A stretch of 56,651 bases of DNA. It comes from a virus (lineage: Duplodnaviria; Caudoviricetes). Location of the stretch: positions 1-56,651 of the IMG/VR virus record IMGVR_UViG_3300021519_000012; one strand, 5' to 3'. Below the pieces are notes generated by a model, which had not been told where the DNA came from, made no database searches, and saw nothing but the letters and a program-made list of their open reading frames with translations. Of this stretch, positions 49,614 to 56,651 are shown one piece after another (position 1 is the first letter of the stretch; each line of letters begins with the position of its first letter). The position numbers were made by a program, and so were the translations under genes.

Positions 49614-50058
49614 TATTAAACGAGAATTGGCAGCAGTTGATCTAAGGAATTATGATTTCTACGATAAGCTCACGCCTGAAGAAAAGAAAGAGTTCAGTCC
49701 ATATATCCTAATGCGATATGTTAGTAATACTGACGGTGATCGTGATTTACAAGAATGGTTTTTAGAAAGAACCAATGAACTTGTTAATAAAAATCATTGG
49801 GTGTTAAGTAAAAATCACAAAGGGCTACTTTGGAAATTATTTGCAAGTTGCGGCCCAGGTATGAAAACATACCACCCATATCTTAAAGCAGGCACAAAAG
49901 AAAAAGCAGTTAAGATTGAAAAGTTATTAGCAGAATTACATCCAGCAATGAAAATGAATGAAATTAAAATTCTAGCCAAGATGATGTCCAAAGAGGACAA
50001 ACAAGATCTGTTTGATAAAATGGGCTTTGATAAAAAGCAACGGAAGGAATACGAATGA
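49603..50058 (+). CDS. Clamp loader small subunit-like protein (T4 gp62-like)
   Basis: FSPYILMRYVS resembles the gp62 N-terminal motif; size and replication-module context fit. Confidence 0.55.
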   Translation: MALDIKRELAAVDLRNYDFYDKLTPEEKKEFSPYILMRYVSNTDGDRDLQEWFLERTNELVNKNHWVLSKNHKGLLWKLFASCGPGMKTYHPYLKAGTKEKAVKIEKLLAELHPAMKMNEIKILAKMMSKEDKQDLFDKMGFDKKQRKEYE

Positions 50059-50261
50059 CAACTTTTGATCACACCAATATTAAAAATATTAATATTAACA
50101 TGAATAAGGCAGGTTGGAATCCCGAAACACACGACATGGTGCTAACATATGACCCAACCAAAACATCAAAGTTTACTATCAAATTAATAAAGGTTCCAGA
50201 AGAAGCGCCAATCCTGGACATAACATTAGCCAAAGAAGTATTAAAAAAGTTTAGACCCTAA
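50055..50261 (+). CDS. Hypothetical protein
   Basis: 68 aa, coupled on both sides (ATGA and TAATG overlaps), AAGGA SD. Confidence 0.6.
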   Translation: MTTFDHTNIKNININMNKAGWNPETHDMVLTYDPTKTSKFTIKLIKVPEEAPILDITLAKEVLKKFRP

Positions 50262-50953
50262 TGGAATTAGCAGAGCAACCGTTTAATTGTGTTCATTGTA
50301 ATAAGAGTTTTATGAAAGAAAAAACTCTTGTTGCTCACATGTGCGAGCAAAAAAGACGGGCTATGCAGAAAGACGAGAAACGTGTTCAAGCAGGATACAT
50401 GGCATATAATCGATTCTTTCAACTTACTCAGAATGCTAAGAAATTAAAATCATACGAAGACTTTTGTAAGACTGCATACTATAATGCGTTTGTAAAGTTT
50501 GGATCATTTGTTAATAATGTTAATCCATTATACCCAGATAAATTTATTGATTTTGTTATTAAGAGCGGAGTTAAGTTAGACCACTGGTGCCGCGATGCCC
50601 TCTATGAACAGTATCTATACGAGATGCTCAAAGTGGAACCAGTTGAGGCTGCTGTTCAGCGTAGCATTGCAACTATGATGGAATGGGCCGATGATAACGA
50701 CTCAAATTTTACTCATTATTTTTTATATGTGAATCTAAATCGTGCTGTGCATCATATTAAAGATGGCAGGATTAGTTGTTGGTTAATGCTTAACTGTACC
50801 AGTGGCAAAGACATGTTGAGTAAGTTTACTGACGAACAATTGGAATTAATTGCTCCAGCATTTGATTTACCGTATTGGATAAAGAAGTTTAAAGAGAATC
50901 CAGCGGATGTAACTTTAGTCAAAGAGATTTGTAAGGAGACCGGAATTGCCTGA
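50261..50953 (+). CDS. Zinc-finger protein (C2H2-like N-terminus)
   Basis: F-x-C-x-x-C-x-K-x-F-x-x-x-x-x-L-x-x-H-x-C. Confidence 0.7.
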   Translation: MELAEQPFNCVHCNKSFMKEKTLVAHMCEQKRRAMQKDEKRVQAGYMAYNRFFQLTQNAKKLKSYEDFCKTAYYNAFVKFGSFVNNVNPLYPDKFIDFVIKSGVKLDHWCRDALYEQYLYEMLKVEPVEAAVQRSIATMMEWADDNDSNFTHYFLYVNLNRAVHHIKDGRISCWLMLNCTSGKDMLSKFTDEQLELIAPAFDLPYWIKKFKENPADVTLVKEICKETGIA

Positions 50954-51524
50954 TATTGACATAGACTTTCCAGACAGAACAAAGGTGCTTGATATTATCA
51001 AGCATGTTCCTGCAATTATAGATCCAACTAAGAAACATAATACCGGTGTGTATTGTCATGAGATTCCAACTAATCCATTAACAGGATTTGCAAGTATTCC
51101 CTATGAAGAATCAGAAGAGCGTGGCTATTTTAAGATAGACTTTCTTAATGTTAGTGCCTACGAAGGTGTGCGAAATGAAGAGCATATTAAAGAATTGTTG
51201 GCAGTAGAACCGCTTTGGGAGTTAATGTATGAGAAGGATGTGTGTGATCAGTTGTTCCATATTAATGGTTACCACACCTTACTAGCCGACTTAAAGCCAA
51301 CGAGTATTTCAGAACTTGCCATGGTCCTTGCCCTGATTCGTCCGGGTAAAAAACATCTCTTGCCAATATGCAAGGAAAAAGGATTCGAGGCTATCAAGGA
51401 TGAGATTTGGACTCGTAATGAAGAGGCTTACTTTTTTAAACATAGTCATGCGATTGGTTACGCTCATTTAATTGTAATGCAATTGAATTTGATTTGTGAA
51501 AAACTTAGCTACGGATTTTCTTAG
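50946..51524 (+). CDS. Minimal DNA polymerase III alpha (DnaE)-like protein
   Basis: TTG start with AAGGAG SD; ordered DnaE motifs PDIDIDF, HNTGVY, KIDFL, ALIRPG and FKHSHAIGY in 192 aa. Confidence 0.85.
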   Translation: MPDIDIDFPDRTKVLDIIKHVPAIIDPTKKHNTGVYCHEIPTNPLTGFASIPYEESEERGYFKIDFLNVSAYEGVRNEEHIKELLAVEPLWELMYEKDVCDQLFHINGYHTLLADLKPTSISELAMVLALIRPGKKHLLPICKEKGFEAIKDEIWTRNEEAYFFKHSHAIGYAHLIVMQLNLICEKLSYGFS

Positions 51525-51894
51525 GATTCTTGACTAACTGTATTGATCTGCGTTTGATACGCTTTTCAGCAATATCACTTAGATTCACAGTAGGACCAAA
51601 CACCACAGTAACATCCTTACTATTGAATGTTTTAATTACTGGGCGAAACGCCATCATATCAGCTTTTAGGAATATGTTAATAGGAATTTTGCGATTTGAT
51701 TCCCACCACCAAATTTCGCCCAATTCAAGGAACTTTTGCTTGTCTATGTCTGTCTTTAATATACCGAAGTCATAGATGCTTGTAACCTGTAGATCGTAGT
51801 TAATAACGATGCCGATATACTCGTTTTCGCAACATTTGATGCAGGTAATGAAGGGAAAATTTTCCTGGAAGCTATCGTTTTTAATAAGGGTCAT
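51505..51894 (-). CDS. Hypothetical protein
   Basis: 129-aa ORF with WWWESNRKIPINIFL; minus-strand TATAAATA at 51932-51939 upstream. Confidence 0.7.
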   Translation of the reverse strand: MTLIKNDSFQENFPFITCIKCCENEYIGIVINYDLQVTSIYDFGILKTDIDKQKFLELGEIWWWESNRKIPINIFLKADMMAFRPVIKTFNSKDVTVVFGPTVNLSDIAEKRIKRRSIQLVKNPKKIRS

Positions 51895-51913
51895 GTATGA
51901 ATAAATATGTATT

Positions 51914-52813
51914 ATGAATAAGTTACCAGTCTATTTATACTCCAATAAACTTGATGTAATATTGGATCTGGATCAAAACAGAGGAATCCACACGATTATG
52001 TACCAACGCAAACTAAAAATACAAAAAGGGTTTAAAGACTCGATTCAAATTCAGTTTAAAAACTCTGATCAGAAGCCAGTGTCAATTAGCACAAGCACCA
52101 ACTACTGGTTTGATATGATCGATTCTAGTGGACGTCAACTTGTTCTTACCAAGCAACTAACTGTGTTAGATGACAGCGTTACAACCTCAACTCGAGGTAC
52201 TTGCCTTGCTTCATTTGATCCTGTTGATACTATCAATCTAACTGCGGCCAGCTATAAATTTCTAATTAAACAAGACAACGGTGATGGTACCTTTACTCCT
52301 GCTTACTCCAATACATACTACGGTATCACTGGAGAAGTTGAAGTAGTTGAAGACGGATTTGCCATTGGGTTTCCTGTTCAAACAGTTAGTTCTAAACAGC
52401 TCGAGCAAGGGCAAGAGTATAACCGTGACCCAGAACATATGGGTTACTTCTTTTACTCTGGATGGTATCGCCCATGGCCAAATGCTATGACTGTAGTTAC
52501 TCCACAAAGTTGCACTATTGCCTTAAACAATTTTAAAGGCACAATTACCGTTCAAGGTAGTTTGGATAATAATCCAAGTCCTGCTGGTTCAGCAAATGCT
52601 CAATCATTTGTAATAGCCAGTGCCGCATCTGTTACTCCTACTACTGGTAATATCCAATTAAGTTGGAATACTAATTTAACTGCTGTCCGTTTTGTTATCC
52701 AACCAGATGCTGACGGATTTGGCAGTAACTATTACCCAACCGGCTTTCCAGTAGGTTCTAATCTGAACAAATTTCCATCCGGTTTCATTGATCAAATCCA
52801 ATATTTCAGTTAA
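51914..52813 (+). CDS. Hypothetical beta-rich late (structural?) protein
   Basis: TAAATA 6 nt before the ATG; I-x-F-K-N-x-D-x-K-P and F-x-G-x-I-x-VQGSL patterns. Confidence 0.6.
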   Translation: MNKLPVYLYSNKLDVILDLDQNRGIHTIMYQRKLKIQKGFKDSIQIQFKNSDQKPVSISTSTNYWFDMIDSSGRQLVLTKQLTVLDDSVTTSTRGTCLASFDPVDTINLTAASYKFLIKQDNGDGTFTPAYSNTYYGITGEVEVVEDGFAIGFPVQTVSSKQLEQGQEYNRDPEHMGYFFYSGWYRPWPNAMTVVTPQSCTIALNNFKGTITVQGSLDNNPSPAGSANAQSFVIASAASVTPTTGNIQLSWNTNLTAVRFVIQPDADGFGSNYYPTGFPVGSNLNKFPSGFIDQIQYFS

Positions 52814-52822
52814 AATAGTAGT

Positions 52823-53821
52823 ATGAACTTGATTCAGGCTAGAGTGCAAGCAGCCTTACCACCTCGTAGAAAAATGACCCCATCTGGATGGGAATCGTTT
52901 AATGCTGTCTGTTGTGTCCATAATGGAGACAAGCGAGATACTCGTAAGCGTGGCGGTGCCCGCTTTGATAAAGATGGATTCTCTTATCATTGCTTCAACT
53001 GTTCTTTCAAAGCTGGATGGACTCCTGGAAAGTTGTTGAGTAAGAATACACGCAATTTATTTTCGTGGTTAGGCATACCTGATACAGAAATCCAACAACT
53101 GGCCCTAGAAGCAGTAAAAAGTAAAGACGATCAACCAAAGCCCACTAAGGAATTGTTGTTTGATTTAGAAACTCGTGCCCTACCAGAAGAGTGTAAATCA
53201 TTTAATGAGTGGATTCAAGAAGGTTGCGAGGAAGAAGATTTCCTTAATGTTATTGCTTATATCTTAGATCGCGGTATGGAACTTGATTGGTATGAGTGGA
53301 TGTGGAGTTCAGCTAACGGGTATAGAGATCGTGTGATCATTCCGTTCTACGACAAAGAAAGAGTAGTTGGCTGGACAGGTCGAAAGATTAAAGATGGTGC
53401 TCCTAAGTATCTAACCACTGCACAACCTGGCTATGTGTTTAACGTAGATCGACAAGATTATGATCGTAAGTATGTTATAGTAGTAGAAGGACAGTTTGAT
53501 GCCGTTGCTATAGATGGTGTTGCTATTATGCATAATGATCCAAATGAAACACAGATTGCACGTATTAAGGCACTAGGTAAAGAAGTCATAATTGTCCCGG
53601 ACAATGACCGACCTGGGGCTAAATTAATATCCACAGCGATCAATCACAACTGGTCTGTGAGCAGGCCAGACTGGGGCGATGATGTCAAAGACGTTGCGGA
53701 TGCTGTAAAGAAATACGGAAGACTATATACATTGCTTACGATCTTAAAATATCGCGAGCACGGACAAATTAAATTAACAATGATCAGGAAAAAGATAGAA
53801 CATGGCACAACAACAGAATAA
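52823..53821 (+). CDS. gp61: DNA primase (T4 gp61 / DnaG-like)
   Basis: Zinc motif CCVH...YHCFNC; RVIIPF, GR-x-I, KYL; TOPRIM VVEGQFDA, DND-x-x-G and KDVAD. Confidence 0.9.
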   Translation: MNLIQARVQAALPPRRKMTPSGWESFNAVCCVHNGDKRDTRKRGGARFDKDGFSYHCFNCSFKAGWTPGKLLSKNTRNLFSWLGIPDTEIQQLALEAVKSKDDQPKPTKELLFDLETRALPEECKSFNEWIQEGCEEEDFLNVIAYILDRGMELDWYEWMWSSANGYRDRVIIPFYDKERVVGWTGRKIKDGAPKYLTTAQPGYVFNVDRQDYDRKYVIVVEGQFDAVAIDGVAIMHNDPNETQIARIKALGKEVIIVPDNDRPGAKLISTAINHNWSVSRPDWGDDVKDVADAVKKYGRLYTLLTILKYREHGQIKLTMIRKKIEHGTTTE

Positions 53822-55244
53822 AGAAGCAGCACCAGATTATAGCTATGAGGTACAGAAGCTATATATTGAAATGTTTATGAGTGATGCTGAAACATTTGTG
53901 CGTTGTCAAAATATTTTTGAACCGTTAAATTTTGATCGCAAATTACAAGATGTTGCTAAGTTTATTACAGAGTATGTAAATGAATATAAGGTAATGCCAG
54001 AGCCACAAATTGTTAATGCATCGTGTGCAATGGATTTACAGCCAGCAATATTGCCCAAAGAAAACTATGAATGGTTGATGAATGAGTTTGAAAATTTTAG
54101 TCGTCATAAAGGACTAGAGCGAGCTATTCTAGCATCAGCTGATTTGCTTGAGGCAGGTGACTACAATCCTGTAGAGAAACTGATTAAAGATGCTATTCAG
54201 ATATCTCTAAACAAAGACATGGGCACAGATTATTTTGAAGATCCCCGTGCTCGACTAGAGGCATTAAAGAATAGTAACGGACAGATTTCAACAGGCTGGC
54301 CTAGTGTTGATAAGAAACTATACGGCGGATTTAACCGCGGTGAGCTTAACATTTGGTGTGCGGCATCAGGCGGCGGAAAGTCATTGTTCCTTGCTAACCT
54401 AGGATGTAACTGGGCACTAAACGGACTTAATGTTCTATATCTAACATTTGAGTTGAGCGAAGCACTTGTAGCTATGCGTATGGATAGTATGCTTACTAAT
54501 GTTCCAACACGTGAAATCTTCCGCAACTTAGATGATGTCGAACTTAAAGTTAAGATGATGGGTAAGTCAGCAGGAAGTGTGCAGATTAAGTATATGCCTT
54601 CAGGAAAAACTGCAAACGATATTCGTGCATACTTAAAAGAATATCAAGTTAAGAAAGGCTTTAAACCAGACATTCTGTTAATTGACTATCTCGATTTAAT
54701 GATGCCGATGAGTGTTAAAGTTAGCCCAAGTGATCTGTTTGTTAAAGACAAATATGTATCAGAAGAATTGCGTAACCTAGCAATGGAAACCCAATGCGTA
54801 GTATGCACCGCGTCACAGTTGAACCGTGCGGCTGTTGAAGAGATTGAATTTGATCACAGCCACATCTCAGGTGGACTATCAAAGATTCAGACAGCAGATA
54901 ACGTGATCGGTATCTTTACAAGTCGTGCAATGAAAGAACGTGGGCGTTATCAAATTCAGTTTATGAAGACACGTTCAAGTTCAGGTGTTGGACAGAAAGT
55001 TGATTTAGAGTTTGACTTAGAGAGCCTACGCATTCGTGATCTGGGTGAAGAGGATGAAGGGTATACTGCTAAACCTAAGTCAAGTATATATGAAGGATTA
55101 AAGAAAACAAGTACCGTTGTTGATCAAGGAACTGGCGAAGTTCGTGATCCTACTGAAGGTATTAATGTTGGAAAAATTAAAGGTGTAACTCAGAGCTCTA
55201 AGATTAGAGAAATGCTTGCTAATCTAAATTCTGAAAAAGATTAA
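53802..55244 (+). CDS. gp41: Replicative DnaB-like helicase (T4 gp41-like)
   Basis: ISTGW, Walker A SGGGKS, YLTFELSE, IDYLDL, TASQLNR and KTR motifs. Confidence 0.94.
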   Translation: MAQQQNKEAAPDYSYEVQKLYIEMFMSDAETFVRCQNIFEPLNFDRKLQDVAKFITEYVNEYKVMPEPQIVNASCAMDLQPAILPKENYEWLMNEFENFSRHKGLERAILASADLLEAGDYNPVEKLIKDAIQISLNKDMGTDYFEDPRARLEALKNSNGQISTGWPSVDKKLYGGFNRGELNIWCAASGGGKSLFLANLGCNWALNGLNVLYLTFELSEALVAMRMDSMLTNVPTREIFRNLDDVELKVKMMGKSAGSVQIKYMPSGKTANDIRAYLKEYQVKKGFKPDILLIDYLDLMMPMSVKVSPSDLFVKDKYVSEELRNLAMETQCVVCTASQLNRAAVEEIEFDHSHISGGLSKIQTADNVIGIFTSRAMKERGRYQIQFMKTRSSSGVGQKVDLEFDLESLRIRDLGEEDEGYTAKPKSSIYEGLKKTSTVVDQGTGEVRDPTEGINVGKIKGVTQSSKIREMLANLNSEKD

Positions 55245-55801
55245 AATAGCGATGCTATCTTTTGATTGACGCTGTCATTGATAGCTCGCTGCCACTGCTC
55301 ATCACCGCTACCAGTTAAACACAGTTCCATATTAGCATCAGCAACTAACCACTGATGTTTCTCAGTCCAGGGTTCTTCCCCACTCATTTCACCCTCTAAC
55401 TGGCCTGCTGCCCAAACTGCTAGTCCTACTCCTGCTCGATAAATCTCTGGGCCAATGCCCTGACTTATAGCAGCCAATACACTCATATCACCAGTAATAC
55501 CTATTTCGTCGGTGATCTTTAAGGTGCTTTGTGAGAACCAATCTAATGTGTGAACAACGTGGACCCTAGTAGGTTCTACCGGTCCGCCAATATAAATTGG
55601 GTCATATCCATCATATTCAATCCCGGCAGCATTCATAATATTTTGCATGCTGACCGTTTTTGCTGGCTTGTTAAGAACTACTCCCCACGCACCATTAAGC
55701 CCGTGTTGAGCAACTAACACAACGCTGTGACCGAAGTGACCCGAAGTATTACGGGGTTGAGATACCAGTATTTTGCCGTCAAAGAAATCATTGTTGTCCA
55801 T
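55241..55801 (-). CDS. YqgE/AlgH (DUF179) family protein
   Basis: F-x-x-SVVL-x-x-x-H-x-x-x-GA-x-GVVLNKP, Y-x-GGPV, W-x-x-GQLE-x-E and WL motifs; start reassigned to 55801. Confidence 0.9.
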   Translation of the reverse strand: MDNNDFFDGKILVSQPRNTSGHFGHSVVLVAQHGLNGAWGVVLNKPAKTVSMQNIMNAAGIEYDGYDPIYIGGPVEPTRVHVVHTLDWFSQSTLKITDEIGITGDMSVLAAISQGIGPEIYRAGVGLAVWAAGQLEGEMSGEEPWTEKHQWLVADANMELCLTGSGDEQWQRAINDSVNQKIASLF

Positions 55802-55806
55802 CCAAA

Positions 55807-55822
55807 TATTTAACAATAAATA
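55807..55822. promoter_or_regulatory. Back-to-back late promoter boxes TATTTA-N4-TAAATA
   Basis: Minus-strand box 5 nt from ATG 55801; plus-strand box 7 nt from ATG 55830. Confidence 0.65.
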
Positions 55823-55829
55823 CAATACA

Positions 55830-56522
55830 ATGAATAGTTTTGAAATGCCTGCTCAAAATCACAAAGAACTTAATCCTGTATTATGGGATGGAGATTCCCT
55901 CAAGCCCGCTGTAGAGCATGCCCTGTTAAAAATTGCCAAAGCATACTGGCAGTTTCTAAGTATAGATACTCCTGTTACTGATATCGTAATTTCAGGAAGC
56001 CAAGCAAATTTTAACTACGGCAAACATTCAGATATTGATCTGCATCTTATTGTAAGTTACGCAAATGTGCAATGCGATATGGCCGTAGATGAACTGTTTA
56101 ATACAAAACGTAAATTATGGAAAGAACAGCACAACATAGATATTCACGGAATTCCTGTAGAAGTCTACGTTGAAGATACTGCTAAACCTGCGGTAACTGC
56201 TAGTTATAGTTTGTTAAAAAATACGTGGGTAAGCCCACCTAAACATATTGACACAGAAGCAAGCCCTGATAGAATCCAACGCTTATGTAAAGCATGGATG
56301 AAATTAATTACCAATTCAATCAAAACAAAAGATCTAGAACAGATCGATCAAGCCAAAGAACTACTTTGGACATACCGCAAAGTTGGACTAGCTCGTGAGG
56401 GCGAAATGGGTGTTCCAAACTTAGTATTCAAAACCCTAAGAAATTCTGGTGTTACAGAGCTGCTATTAATGGCAGTTAGGGAAATAAACGACCGCAAACT
56501 AAGCCTCGAAAACATATCGTAG
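55830..56522 (+). CDS. Pol-beta-superfamily nucleotidyltransferase
   Basis: ISGS-x-A-x-x-N-Y-x-x-x-SDIDLH (GS...DxD) with a third acidic residue in VEVYVED; start reassigned to 55830. Confidence 0.8.
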   Translation: MNSFEMPAQNHKELNPVLWDGDSLKPAVEHALLKIAKAYWQFLSIDTPVTDIVISGSQANFNYGKHSDIDLHLIVSYANVQCDMAVDELFNTKRKLWKEQHNIDIHGIPVEVYVEDTAKPAVTASYSLLKNTWVSPPKHIDTEASPDRIQRLCKAWMKLITNSIKTKDLEQIDQAKELLWTYRKVGLAREGEMGVPNLVFKTLRNSGVTELLLMAVREINDRKLSLENIS

Positions 56523-56651
56523 GTGCGAGTATTATCTTAAAAATCCGGTATTAAAACTCGTAGAAAGAGGTCGATTCAGTATCAAAAAGACAGCAAAACG
56601 ACCTCTATTTGTTTGAATTTAGACTGTTTAGAACCGACCCACTGCAACTTC

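Noticed and set aside
26257-55829. ORF-track upstream starts at 26257, 28750, 29465, 43306, 46106, 55773 and 55825
   Set aside because: They overlap neighbouring genes or promoters; downstream ATGs fit SD sites, late boxes or a signal peptide better.
1-56651. Stop-codon reassignment as seen in some large phages
   Set aside because: Core genes are full-length in the standard code, and TAA, TGA and TAG all occur as plausible gene ends.

Overview
AT-rich, gene-dense segment of a large T4-like (myovirus, probably jumbo) bacteriophage genome in the standard genetic code. No rRNA, tRNA, CRISPR array or integrase is visible. 1-22.6 kb: ten + strand virion/fibre genes built from shared Thr/Ala/Ser/Gly-rich repeat modules; the first is cut by the window edge and carries helical C-x-R-D repeats that resemble the phycobiliprotein fold. 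22.6-27.8 kb: NUDIX, gp15-, gp14- and gp13-like genes, a free-standing HNH endonuclease sitting on the gp14 start, and dNMP kinase. 27.8-30.4 kb: an accessory cassette of DctP-like binding protein, 2OG-Fe(II) oxygenase and Bug/TctC binding protein. 30.9-43.2 kb: tail sheath, tube, tube initiator, gp4, terminase and acidic head-type proteins. 43.3-55.2 kb: replication/recombination genes (gp32, UvsX, UvsY, UvsW, gp62-like, a 192-aa mini-DnaE, primase, helicase). The window ends with a divergent YqgE/AlgH and nucleotidyltransferase pair. A TAAATA late-promoter box lies 5-7 nt before the ATG of at least nine genes that lack a Shine-Dalgarno site, which suggests leaderless late mRNAs. Bug, DctP and AlgH homologs hint at a (beta)proteobacterial host (inference). 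All family calls come from motif recognition by eye, not from database searches.
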